From NCBI GenBank assembly GCA_040954595.2, contig CM082593.2:434001-498000 (forward strand): a stretch of DNA of 64,000 bases. The letters are read 5' to 3'. This document shows positions 1 to 13,826 of the stretch, in pieces. Source of the DNA: Balanoglossus misakiensis. Taxonomy: Eukaryota; Animalia; Hemichordata. Below the pieces are notes generated by a model. That model made no database searches, was not told where the DNA came from, and saw only the letters and a program-made list of their open reading frames with translations. Both the position numbers and the translations under genes were made by a program. How positions within the stretch are numbered: the stretch's first letter is position 1; every line of letters begins with the position of its first letter.

Positions 1-213
1 TGCAAATCGCAGGTTTCCGAGGGGCGGATCAGCGAAGGGAACGCCCAGGTATACGTCCAGGTATTTTCCATCTGTTTGGAGAGTTCTCATTCCACGAATT
101 GTTCCAGCGGTGGTTTCTGCTGTGACGTAGGTGTGATTGACGTAATCGACCGAATATGCACTAGTGAAGACAAAGAACGCGCACAATAATAAGATCGGCT
201 TTAGGGCATCCAT
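1..213 (-). CDS. Type-B carboxylesterase / cholinesterase family protein, N-terminal coding part (continues beyond window start)
   Basis: Hand translation from ATG at 213: MDALKPILLLCAFFVFTSAYSVDYVNHTYVTAETTAGTIRGMRTLQTDGKYLDVYLGVPFADPPLGNLRFA. A hydrophobic signal peptide is followed by the T..G.I.G ... (F/Y)LG(I/V)P(F/Y)A.PP.G.LRF motif typical of the COesterase N-terminus. The frame is open to the window edge. Confidence 0.9.
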   Translation of the reverse strand, partial: MDALKPILLLCAFFVFTSAYSVDYVNHTYVTAETTAGTIRGMRTLQTDGKYLDVYLGVPFADPPLGNLRFA

Positions 214-3200
214 CTTTGCTTTTTAGGTACGCAGCTAACAGTGCCACAGAAACGATGTGATACTTTGGCTGACTTGCACACGGAATGCATGTGAACTAAA
301 GTGATGTTTCACTCCATAATCACTAATCGCTATCATTTGACTTACATATTGTCTGTATCCCTTTTATCAGATGTCCATTAGGCCTATTTATGCAAAATAG
401 TTTATTCACCTCATATGGCTGACTTGATAAAACTGACAAAATGTCGCAGTCGTGGCAGTATATGTGTTCTAGAAACACTGGTGTCAGACAAACAGCTCGA
501 TGTAGGATATCGAAATCACAGTTACAGAAATAATGTTCATAACACTGTGATGTTTTTTTCACACAAATAAGTTATATTTCTATGGTATTTATATTTCTTA
601 GGAAAATATAATATGAGAAATTAGGCGACCGGTTTAATGATAAAGCGTAAGATAGGCTTGCCTAAAAGATTAAAAATGTATGACCTGTACCGGTATGTAC
701 CGTAGACTGTGCATGGTTTTATCAATGTTGCTGAACTGATAGAGTCATTCCAGCGTAACTTTATTGACAAATGACAAGTGCACAGGCCAGCGTTTGAAAT
801 TATTGCCTGTCCACCTGTTCGAGATGGGTAGATTTCGCATCCGGTTGGAAAAAAATCAATCTGTCTTACCCAGGAGCTGCAAACTTTAATAATTTATTCA
901 AAGGACTAGTTGACCTTAGAAAATGCTGATAAAATTCGAGCAGGGAACTATCGGGAAGGACCGACAATGTTGGAAAGGAATACCAGCCCTGATGAGCATG
1001 ACAATCAAATTAAATACCCCCCCAACAAAATCTTGGTTATGCTGGGGACTCAGGCAATATAATACTAATTATACTAGACTAATACATGTAATAATTAATT
1101 TCTGTCATATATATGACTAATAAGGCTAAATGCGCCATGACACCTGGTATCCAGTCCAATCACACTTAACGTTCCTCCTGTTTATAATAGTTATCATGCA
1201 CGCAAGTCAAGTTCCTATTTGGAAACTTGTCTGCCAACTGTACAATTTTTTTCTTCGTAATGCAGGACTTGATCTTGTTTATTGATGAGGAGGAAAAATC
1301 GGCAATGATTCATCTGTCAAGATTTGACGAAATTGTAGAAAAATTGAGAAAAACCAAAGCAGGTAGAAAATGAATATTCAAGTACAAGGTAAGCTCTTTC
1401 TAATTGTCTGCTATTACGTAACATGAAGCGAAGCATAGCTTTCTTTTCTTCTAGCGGATGTGATGTTCAAATTGCATAATACGCTGTATACGCAATGAGC
1501 ATTTACCATGCTGTACCGTATAAGTTGCGTGATGTAATACAAGTGGCATCTTACTACGGTTACCCGTACGCGTTCTTGGTCATGACTTGGGCATTCGTAC
1601 AGTACAGCAGCTTTTTTGTAACCAGCACTCAGGTTACCCGCAAACTGCACTTCATTATAAGTGCTATAATTCAGATAGTTTCCATGCTTACAACTATCCA
1701 TGCATGTAATATACCACACACCTGCTGCTTAATTTGAATCAATTTTCAAAAGAGGTGATTATATTCCTCCCCTCCCATGCTCATTAGATAAGGTCTTATA
1801 ATGACATAGCCATCCCCTTACAAATATCTCTGTAATTGCCCAGATAATTTTTAGCAATTCCCGTCATTTTCCAGTCTAATCCATATATCCTGTGTCAAAT
1901 AAGATTGTTGACGTCCTCTCATATAAACTGCATACTTGCAAGGACTCACAGGGTCTTGCAGATTTCAGGAATTGTTCTACTTGTGTCACAAACCGGTATT
2001 CCAAAATCCTGAATATATTTTGTCTGAGTTCCTTGCTTAAAAAAGTGAATAAAATGCAAACATTAGGAATCTGTGCTTATTGTAATTGAATGATCCTCCT
2101 TCAATAATTCCGGTTACTTTGCACCAATTGATTTTCGTTCGAGTTCATTTACTGCACAATTTGCTGATAATGAGTTTATATCTACCGGTACAGTGATCTT
2201 TTTCCAGCTTTGACGAGTGTCGTGATTGATAAGGTTGTTTTGTGCCTTGAAACATTGGCAATTTCAATGGTAATGCGCAATGCGTACTGTAGGTATTACC
2301 GCAAGGTGCCACAGAGACCAATAGTTTGTGATTTGCTCAGTCGTCTCTTATTTGCATAAGCCTATATATGGTAAAAATGTGTGACAAATTAATCAAACGA
2401 TGAACTAATGACACACTGTTTTTGTGTGTGCCACCCACTTCGTCTTCTACGGTACATGTACAAAGGCAGTTCAGACACTGGAATATTGACAGTCCCATCA
2501 TACTTTAAGTATGTAGAGATTCTTATCCTAGAGATAAAGTGTTTTTGACTCAAGCAGTGGTAATATATTGTCATTCACAATACATGACCATGCTTATACT
2601 AGGGTTGCATGTGCGACATTGACCAAGTTCGGAGCCCAAATGAGGCCCGATGCACAGTGTACCTGTATATTATTCATAGCAACATTGCAGATGAAATAAA
2701 CACGTCGCCTGGTGATTTGAATTTCACTGAACAGTAAATTCCTCGTATATCCCTATTAAAGTCAATGCAGTGATTTTATGTGAACAGTGAGGCATGAAAT
2801 AAAAGATGACAGCGAACCGAAAATAATTAAATTGTCTCTCGAATGAACTGCAAAAAATTATCTGAACACAATCATATTACATCAGGCTTGTACTAATGAT
2901 CTACTAGCGTCAATTCGTCTGTGTTCTCCGACCCTTTGACAGATTTTCCAGCGAATTTGCACTTTGTTATTGAAACATGAAACCACATGTATAGTACTGT
3001 GAATAATCTGTTAAAAATTGGACACGGAGAAACAACAGAAACCTAATTTACATAAAACAGAGTGCTTTGCTGTGAGTTTAGAGACAAGACAATGACTTGC
3101 CATGGAGGAACTGTACCATATTTTCCAGAAACAATTCTAAATCAAGACCATTTTTTATATATACAGTATGTGATACTAAGATCCGGCAAAGTGAAAAGAT

Positions 3201-6200
3201 TTTTTTCAAAAGATAGACAAATCAGAGAGGAATGCATAAACAAATCAAAGAAGTTGACCAGAAATGAAAGTTTTGAAATGAAAAGGGCATCTCATGTACA
3301 GAACTGTCTTATAGCATAAGTGGATACCCTTTCCAACAATGTGTAAAATCCACAGTACTCCGATATCATAGGAAGAATAATCATGCTCAAAATTCACTTT
3401 TCATGACCGCAGGCCAACGTGGGCGGCGGGTTCGTTACTTTAAAAGTCGTTTGTAGAATGGCGGGGGAAATAATGCTTTGACATTAGATATTTACAACAT
3501 ATAGGGAGATGCTGACGTAAACTACGTCTCTGATGATGAATAAGAGACTCTACAAGTAACTTTTATGGTATGTGCATAGTGGTTGAAAGGGAAGCCTGTG
3601 TGATATGATATGTTCAGCAGGAGTTTGTTTCAGATGTTTTGATAAACAAGATGTTTTTTCCTTTACACCATTGCGGGGATGAGGGCTTCAGTTCTAGACC
3701 GGAAGAGTATGACGTCAGATTCTGTAACAGATACGGATATGCTAACTTTAAAGAATTCAGATGTCGACATTAAGTTCTCATATTTCCAAACTGAAATCCT
3801 GAAACCCAAATTAAAAATACGATATGAATGTACCGGTACAAGCATGAAAAGAAAGCACACATCTTTGTCACAAGAAACCAACAAGATACACTGTTTGCTT
3901 CAAACCTTCCGATTTACTAGTTATAATAAACTGTCAGGCTGATCATCCCTTTATGTCGATTGAGTGAACACTTCAGGTAACTAGCCTCGGGAATGGAACA
4001 CGAACAATATTACCATGATCATGGCTGTATTATCGCTGTAATTATAGTTAGCTATATATACAGGACACATCTGTTCTCAAGCATGCTTGTTGAAATATGA
4101 AATTTTCTAATCTGCATTTGAACTTGTTTACACTGGGTGCTGTATGACTGATATTCGGAAGATGTTTCCATGGTGAAAAGGGTGAGTGATTATGTGAGAA
4201 TAATCAGACACCATATGCGTATGGTGGAGGTAGCTCGTGTTACGGTGTTCATTAATTGATCAGCAGGTGTTTAGATTGGATTTTGTAAGTGACTTGAAAC
4301 CAGTGCAGCTGTTGGAGCATAGGCAATATATGAGCATTGTTAGATGGTGCTCATAATGAGATGGGCAGGACTATTCTGGTCTCTTTGTAGCAGACTGGGT
4401 TGTGTGTCTGCACTGTTACATTAGTCCAATAGTCTAACAAAGAAGAAGATACTTTGACAGGCTACAGTAGGTGTCAACAAATATGTTTTCCAAACTGAAA
4501 AGTGTTGATACTATCACCAGTGTGTCTGGTGCCAATTAATGTCTTTTGGATTTTGAATAAATGAATGATTGATTATAATTGATTCAGTCTAATCTGCTTT
4601 AAACAATTTATGGAACTGTTGGTAAACATTAAAACAAAGGTAGCACATGGTGGTGGACATACCGGTACTCTGCCATTTCTGTCAAAAGATGTATCAGAAT
4701 TTCACCCATCACGATGTTTGACAAAATGTGTGAACTTAAGCCATCCTAGCTTTTGGGGAAATGTAAAAGAAGAGTGCATACAGGAAAAAATAAAGTAGTA
4801 AAACTGTTGTTTCTAGCCATAAATCCAGAGGATTTGGCATTTACGAGCGCAGTGATGATGTACACCAGTTTGCATGCAGTAATTTTATTAAAAAGCCTTA
4901 TATGAGATGAGCGCTAATGACAGGGTATAAGCTAACCTTTACGAGTATTCTGGTTTTACGAAGTGCAATTATGATTTTATGTCACTTTGATGTATTCTCA
5001 GGGACACATGTTTGCAGGAGATAACTTGTCGGTTCAACTGTTTCAGTGTTTTTAGGCTTTATCACTACTCTCTCTCATATAGAGGACATTATTATATTAC
5101 TACACCTACAATGTATTGTGTCTTATCGTAAAACAATGTTTCCATATAGGTACGTCGTGCTGAGTCCCAGCAGGGCTGACAAGTCCATGTGTGCGTGCCA
5201 TGGTGACTGAGGCGTTCCTTTTTTTTGCTGGATGATGATTAATTTCCTTAGTCTTGTAGCAATATATTAACGTCTATTTAAAATATTTAACAAATATTTG
5301 CTGTTATAACTTAATAGAGGGAGGGTTAATAGAGGGAGACCAAAGACTATCAATATTTTGAAATAAACGAAAGAAACTAAAACGTTCTGTACCATAATGG
5401 GGCTTTAATACTATTAACTATGATGAAGAAATATCTGTTATCGCTTCATGGTGATGTTATCATCATTAGTTTCTTATCTAATACTTAATCTAAGCCGAGA
5501 TATATGGCACTCATATCAGTGAACCGTTACGTGCAGATCAAACTGCCAATGGAATCGCTGATATCACGCTGTACATTATTCATCAATCTGTCTTTGCATA
5601 TAATTCACAGCTGCAGTTTTGTTCATTTCTGTAAAAGTGTGACCGATTGTTGAACTGTGTGGGTGCAGTAGTCGCTATTTTTGAATGATAAGGTTAATAC
5701 TGGTAATACCGCGAAGTGAGGATCTGTGTGCACCGTATTTGTTATTACATAAAAAACTTAGAATGTTATGTTGGTATTTAGAATATATGCTCCATGAAAC
5801 TTGCAACATTTATTGTCGGCTTATAGAGACTGTGTAAATCATAACCATAACAGGATCTCATGATAAATGCATGTTATAGGTCTCTTTGCCAATAAATGGT
5901 AAGATGGTCATTTGTAATGATACTGTATCATAAGAGATATCACACGTCGTTTGCTATTCTTCGCAGGCGTTGAAGCATTGAATTGGAAAAAAACTTAAAT
6001 AACCCTTAACAACCTATCGCAAATGAAGTTCACTAAGAACGCACTGAAGCATATTAGATAACAACATGCGTTTTCTAAGACCTTTGACCTATGAACAATG
6101 CTAGCATATAATGGCAGAGGATTACTATTAAAGTTTTATACCCTTGTATACACAAAGGCAAATCTTCCACTTCCAAAAGTACGGGTCGTAATCGTTTTAT

Positions 6201-9200
6201 TAAACTATTAGATATGCGAAATAAAGTATACTAGTATTCAAAAATATAAATATGCACTTGTGAAAGTATTCATTGTTTTGAAACTAATTGGAAATTTCTG
6301 TGATGATTTTTTCTCAAGCTGTTGTCATTATGCAGCTATATTTATCTGTCAGTAGCAACATCATATTTATACATTTATGACCAGTTCTGAGAGTGTGTAA
6401 TAATTTATCAGCAACCATCGTTAACAACCCGAGGCTCAATTATATTCGATACCTGATTAGATGGAAGAAATTAAACCCTGTGATAAAATATCGACTTTTC
6501 AAGTTATATGAATGATTTATGGAATATGTGAAATGAGGCAAAGAGATGGGTTATGATTGGGCTACATAAACGGCATAACTAAGAAACTTAATCAGCAACT
6601 TGTGCATATCCAGTATAGCATTGAAATATTGATAGACCTATCAGAGAAGCAGAAGAATAAAAGTAAGGTTTATATCCCTGTAAAGCCTCCTTCAGCGGCA
6701 TTACCTTTATAGTTTGAACAAGCTAGGATGCAGGAATACTGATTAACCTTCATACTATAAGTTAAACAAGGACGAAACTTAATTCCTAGCCTGACCTGTT
6801 CATTAATAATCTGCCAGATATTTCCGACCCAAGAATTACCTAAGCTGGACAGATTGCATGTAAGCTGCCTGCTTTACGCAGATGGCGTTTGTCATTCTGT
6901 CATAGTCAAGACAAGGGTTACGAAGTCTTCATTTACAACGCAAAGTGGAGATAAAAATCATGAACTTTTTAGCAGCTTCATTACCTTGGATAAACCCAAA
7001 AGGCAAATTCAAGTTTTGGATGGAATATCTTAGAGAAAAGTCAAGTCTCATGTTTTGAAGAGACAACTAACATTTGTGTATATCATTATGGCTTCAGCCC
7101 AGGATGAAAAATGTCTGATATTTGATCGACACAGTGGAAGTAAAGCATTTTAAATATGCCTAATGTTTTTGTTCCATGGCAAACTTTTACTGTCCATACA
7201 AAGCAGTGAGTGAACTATGCCGCTGCAAACAATATCTATCTGAGACCGATCCAGCGCTCAGACTATCGTGACAATATTTTGTTAGTGCGTGACAAGATTT
7301 TCCATGCCAGAGGCAGTTTGTAAGTAATGCTACCCAACTGATACAAGTATGGTGTACTTTGACTCCAATGGAGCCCTAGAATAACTGAAACATGTTTGCG
7401 AAGTTCCATGTCTAGAATTACCGGTAACATTCTAGTTTTGTAGTTATAATTACATACATTTCAGTGTATACGATACCCCTTATGTGGAAAGAAAACTTAT
7501 TAGTGAAACAGGAAGTCTATTAAGGCATTGACTAAGATGAATATTAGAAACACGTGTAAGTCTCTAACTAATTTTTAAATGTAAATATTTTGGATAAAAT
7601 TGCCGCAAAATATATCCCTAATTTAAGCATATAAGATATGCCCTATATTCCCCATACAATACAGCTTAAAGTTCACAATGTCACAAATTGCCAAAAGCAA
7701 CGGCACCATAAGGATTTTTAAGACGTACGTCTTACCGTGAAGCATCAGATGACAGACACTAAGAGGTACATCAAAAGTGTTAAGTAGGAAGGAAAATATA
7801 AAGAGACAGCAGAGAAAAGTGAAAAAACCATGTGATTTGCACGCATTTAGATGAAAAGAACACGAACAGTCGGCCAGACATAACCTACTGCGGCGACACA
7901 AAATTGAAGGGAGATTAGTGGCATGCATTCTCGCCACTAAAGTGTGTTGAAGTATTTGTTTTCCAAAAGAGATATGTTACAATTTTCCACTACCTAGATA
8001 TTTGAATTTCTGGAAAGCGTGGTTTTAAGTGCACTTGTATGTTGGATGGAGGTATATTAGTAGGCACCAATGTACCATAATGGAGTTGGCATTTTCCATT
8101 CTGTCTTGAGAAATGTCCTTATCATGGCAGTTGAGATTTCAATAAAGATGGATGAATTAATTTGTACATTTGTTGGCTTTCAACTGCATCTAGACCATTA
8201 ACAAAAGGCCTTTTCTTCTCTAAATAATGTGACATGAATTTTAATGAGTGTATTCACTTGTATGATAGAAAGATTAAAACATGAAGTTTATAAATTTTCA
8301 TGAGATTATAAACAGTGAATGCCTTCGCTTCCTTCCACATTTCATGCGCACCGTATAAGTAGACTTTAGTTTTGTCCCTTCATTTCACTGAGTTTGTCGC
8401 CTTTGGCCTATCTGCGACATAGACTATGGTCGCCACCATCTTGTCTGTTGTCAGGACAGCACACTGCATTATGGCATAAGACGCCCAGCACAAAAGTTAC
8501 ACTGTTTTTCAAACTCTGTTCCCTTTCTAGTTTTATACAAAGCTTGACCTGTATTTCTCGCCTGCCAACCCATTGCTACAGTAATTAACTGGGCTCACGG
8601 GATCTTGATATGAGCTGAAAATCATTGATTTCTTTTGGTGCAACATCGAGTGTTGGGCAAATTTAACACGATTACATCCGGAGTGAGTGGGAGTGATTGG
8701 TATTTCACATTCAGCTTGAATACAGTATGACGTCAATGGGGAAACCCGTAGATGGTTTTAATACCCCAAGGCAATTTCAATAAAGGAAGAACAGGAAATC
8801 GTATCGAACAATATGACCTATGATATGATACTATATGTTCAAAGTACATTGTACCGTTTTGATCAGTAAAATGTAGAATAGTTCTCAATTATATTTTTGG
8901 AATCCACTGGCATGGGTGTTGCTCATATTTGGAAAATAATTATAATTTAAATGAGCAATGCCAGTGCCATTGCAATGGCCAATCAGTAGTGTGTCATGTA
9001 AAGGTGATTGACTTGAACGAAGTCATAGTCATGATCAAGTGGTGACCCTGCTGCCTAGGTTCCTCAGTTGGAGCAATCAAATTATGTAGAGCATGTAGCC
9101 AGACTGTCTATGTAAGCCCAGCCAAAAACACGCATATCGGGATTCCAGACTAGTCTTTACTGAACCATGCAAATGATGTACTTTTATGTGTTCTGATAAG

Positions 9201-11359
9201 TCTTTGCAGGTTTTATCCTGAAAAAAAGTTTTCCGTCTCATTTTGCTGCACGTTTATGGAATTTGAAGACGCATGTCTGCACATATACATTTCACATTTT
9301 TTTCCTCTTGAATATTACTTCGAACTCGTATTACAACCTTCTTGGTATGTTATACAGGAATACAGACATTAAACCAAGCTATGACACATTAATGCACTGA
9401 AGCCTTATCATACCCGTAAGGGAATTTTGTTATGATGAGATTTTTCCATTAACCTACATGCACACTCGGGGCACATATGGTAACTGACAATTTGATCCGC
9501 AAGAATTTTATGTTAATGTCACATGGAAGACCAATAACAATGACGACCATTGTCCCTATATAGTGTGCTTGTATTCCTGTTCCATGGTACGCAGAAAATT
9601 TCTTCAAAGTGAAGTTTTGAATTGAATTGAAGATTTCCTGAGCTGTTTAAAATCTATATAACACCGACGATGCAGACATAGATTGAAGCAAGTACATGTA
9701 GTTTTCCGAAGTGTGTCTTCTCTGCAGATTCCGTTTTCCTGAGTCGCTTAATGCACTTCCTGGGCTTCGCTTCTGGTCAAACCAATCGGAAAAAGCATGA
9801 CAAAGTTTTCCTGGCAGAGGCAATTTAAAGTCTAATTGTAGTGATTCATCATGTAACATCAATCAGTTGTATAGGCTCCTTTTGCATGTGCGTGCAAAAG
9901 CAGAAGAAAGATCGTGGAGTTTGTCATCAGGGTGATCTGCATTCTTTGCATGATCGCTACACACGAGATTGTCAATTTGTATGAGAAAGCACATTTTGCA
10001 TGACCTTTAGTGTGAAGGCAGTCCATTAAACAGCAGTATACATAGGATTGTCAGTTGTCGTAAAATCTTCCTCCGTCTGGGTCGAGAAACAATTATCAAT
10101 CTGGTTTCTTTCGCCTGACTTATTTTTGCTGATACATTGTATCACGACACTTTAAAAGATGCGTGTTGTGTTGCAATGAAAGGGACAAAGTTACATATAC
10201 GTACACTAACATCACAAGTACATGTAGATATTCGAGACAGACGTACATTCATATAATACCACTTTGTAATAGAAGCATGCTGCAACTTGTGTCATATCTT
10301 GGCAGGAAATGGCTCCAGTAGTGTTTATTCAAATTTGAGCAATATGATTCAGGACAATGTGATCTTTATGCAATGTATTCATTTTATTTAGAAGTAAGAG
10401 GAGATTTTATCAAACAACTTTGAGTTTTACTACAGCAGATAAAATTGCGATTTGTCACCCGTTAAATAGTAACAGGTGAATTATCACCCTGTTTTCACCT
10501 ACACTGCAGACATTTGAAGGACACAACTTTATTAAAGGAGATTCGATCTCTCAAGTTGTCTCCTGAGGATAACATAGTCACAGAATCCAATATTCAGCCA
10601 GCCGCACGTCAATTTGTTGCTCTGACATCTGTCTTTAAGGCGCCAAAACAGAAAAAAACATGAGAAAAGATGTCCACACAGTGATGTTGTTAACTACATA
10701 TAACAAGTGCTCAGTACAATACAAAATGGTCATTACAAATCTTATTTGTACGCAATAGTTATAACGACGGGGAGTGCTGTATAAACAATTATGTCGTCTG
10801 CAGGGGTAGCAAAAATTGCTGTTTGGGAAAGAATGTTCACAACCATTAAGTATAATTTTCGACATTTTATGCTGGTGAAGCACAATTACGCGACATAATT
10901 TCCTTTGAGCTGACCATGATGAAATAGCCGACGTTTAATTGAATTCATTTGTTGAGAAATGTCTAAGGTGGTGGTAAATCATGCAATGTAATCACTTGTC
11001 AAAGCCATCTATCAGTTACTTATACTCACTTGTTATTCACAGCCTCCCAAAACCAGCATATACGGATATTGTAAATAAGAAGTGACTTCATGCATACGTT
11101 TCAGTTCATAAACATAACACTAAGCCAAAAACACTAGAAATGTTTTATATTTTGAGCTGAAGGTGTTTCTAGAACTTCATCAAAGGATGTATGACCTCAT
11201 CATAGCTAGAACTTTGCGATAGGAAACTCTGATTGTGGTACATAGATGTCCTTCAGGTATTAGTGCGGCCCCTTTTATTTTGATCCTGGTGAGAGAAACA
11301 TATATCTGATCAAGCAGATGGAGATTTTTGTTTTAAAAATAATACGAATCGTAGTTTTA

Positions 11360-11626
11360 ACTCGTATCAGATCGAGAACCATATGTTTTTCATTTTAAAA
11401 ATAATCCCAGACCAAGTGTTTACGGGTCCATAACTGATAGAACGTTTCTTTTTAAAAATACTGTAAAACACTTTTATTTATGCTAGCTAGACATGTTTTG
11501 CAGTAATTCGAGTTGTAGTAGACAAAATAGCTGAAGGTATTTCCAGCTCAATCAAGAACCGAGAGATTTTTTAGTTGATACTCATATCGGACCGAGAAGA
11601 CATGTGCTTTTTGATTTTAAAACAAT
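11360..11626. repeat. Degenerate ~46-bp direct repeat, probably inside an old non-autonomous element
   Basis: ACTCGTATCAGATCGAGAACCATATGTTTTTCATTTTAAAAATAAT (11360-11405) versus ACTCATATCGGACCGAGAAGACATGTGCTTTTTGATTTTAAAACAAT (11580-11626), plus recurring TTTTAAAAATA. Confidence 0.5.
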
Positions 11627-13393
11627 TAGTTAATACCAGATTCATGTTTTCCTGACCTAAAATCGTATCTTTAAAGGCTGATTACCAATTTCAACCCATC
11701 GCAGTTGATTTGTGGGGGCGAATTTTTTTTCTCCAAATGCTGGTGTTCATATGTAACTCTTACATCAGTCAATACATCTACCGGTACGGTATATTGCTGG
11801 AGTAGAGATAATGCTATTTTAAATGTATACAGTCGCCTGAATTAAGCTTTACTACTCACCATGACTACCTTAGCTTCGTACTAAGACGTGCAAGATTTTG
11901 ATTTCACCAGAGCTTTCACATAACCTTTTTATTATTACTAAAAACCTTTTCACCACATTCCAATATCAACTAGAATCCATATCTGTTCCTAAGGCATGAT
12001 ATTATTAATTGATCAATCTGATATATCGTCTTTGCCTCCTGCCCAGATTCTCACTCATTTCATGTACTCCAAGAGATGAAATTTCATATGAATGCAAACG
12101 TTAAGGGCTCAAAGCTTTCATGTATTCCATGATAAGGATAGCAGCTTTTAATTACTCTGTTGCAATGTTTCATTTGTCTGAGAAACCAAGTTTGTCTCCT
12201 TGCATACGGAAAGCGGTTTTGCATCAACCTTATGTTGTGAATGGCTTTATGCAATTGTTCCATGACGATATCACAACAAAAGTAATACTCGTCACTCGTA
12301 TAGGTTAGGTGAAAAACATCTTTTTTAATGTCTGACCATTTTAACATGACAATAGGCTAACCCTTACATCATCAATCTTCTGTTGTTACATAATTCGTAA
12401 TTGTCCCAAAATGTTGAATTTTTACAACTTCATTCTACCCGAAGTACCATGATGTGAGATCATAGAGGGGTCATGAAAGTGATGACCTACCCCAGTATTA
12501 TGGTTGGTTGGATAGTAGGCACAATTAGATTTATAATCTCATATCCAAGAGGACACTGGCCAATCCATAAATATTCTTCTTACAGTGGAACCATGAAAAC
12601 ACTGGAGACTTAAATACATATTAAATAAATTGATCAATAATATTAATAATACTAGTAATAATAATAATTCCATATACCCCCATATTACAACACCACCTAA
12701 GCTAATAAAGCTGAATAAAAATCTAAATGGATATAAAATGACATGTTATCTATCATATATCATACGTATGTATCTAGCAATAAGAAAAAACAACTCTGCA
12801 ATTAAAGTGTGGGTGCTTTCGTTTGGGAGATTAATTTGAATTATTCAATGTTATAGTGGTAAAGATTCCACAGACTAAATAGGAAGGATTTTTCCAGGCA
12901 TGATCCTTGGTACATTAAATTGCACCATCTAATTATTTCTTCTATCTATTTATAACATAGTATATTCATCTTTAACACAGTCAGGGATTACACTTTCATT
13001 CATATATATGGTGAATTACACTGGATACCACATGCATTCCCAAGTTGATTTACAGCAAGTTAGAACTAGCACAGGAAAAAAAGAAACATCATTGTATGAT
13101 AAACAATATTTCCGTTTCTTACTAATATGACCCAAATTTTATGTGAGATACGCATGCAGACCTGAACTAACAAGACAATTAAGCTGATCGCATGGAAAAA
13201 ATAACATTAACATGTTTATATGCTCAGTTGATTTAACGCACAATTATATGTTTCATGTTACAGTTCTGAAAGTTAACTGTACATATGGTAGTGATTATAG
13301 TTCTGAATTTGAGCCACTTTGTTCAATCATTATGCCTTCTGCACATCTGTAACCAAAACACGTGCAGTGGATCAAACTGATTTTCCAGGGGGG

Positions 13394-13826
13394 AAAGGAT
13401 GACACAATTTTGATGGAAATAGGAGAAACAACTTCTTTTCTGTTATTTAGCTCAATCTGTTATTCTGGGAACTGACTGACTGGTTGTGAACTGTCTGGTT
13501 AAGTACTCAGTGTAACAGCTGAGGGTCGACTATAGCCTCAATTGTGGCATCTGTTTTACATCATTTGCATTAATACAGTTTGAAACAGAGATTTGAAAAA
13601 CAACAAGATTGATAACGATTTCTGTTAGTGTGGCAGCTATGCCGGTACATTTAAATTTGCTCATTAAAAAATGTGCAGAAAGATGACATAATGCGTACGG
13701 TATTGTCAAAAGGTAATTTGAGTTAGTACAAGCAAAAATTGGAGATTTGTGGAAGTAAAATCCATAATGTTGCTGATGCCCACTGGTCTCTTAGTGTATA
13801 TGTTGTGTGAAATTGTGTCATCCTTT
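13394..13826. mobile_element. MITE-like element with perfect 17-bp terminal inverted repeats
   Basis: AAAGGATGACACAATTT (13394-13410) and its exact reverse complement AAATTGTGTCATCCTTT (13810-13826) enclose a non-coding interior. No target-site duplication is evident. Confidence 0.65.

Noticed and set aside
5189-5201. TGTGCGTGCCAT (CACH), identical to the BMP3 C-terminus
   Set aside because: Only 12 bp match and the upstream residues show no cystine-knot similarity; consistent with chance.
9728-9830. Strong plus-strand acceptor followed by a short open frame (SVFLSRLMHFLGFASGQ...)
   Set aside because: No recognisable protein and no supported upstream exon.
5211-13390. Numerous 60-104 aa ORFs from the track in the esterase-GPCR intergenic region
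   Set aside because: Many use non-ATG starts, have AT-rich random composition and show no domain motifs.
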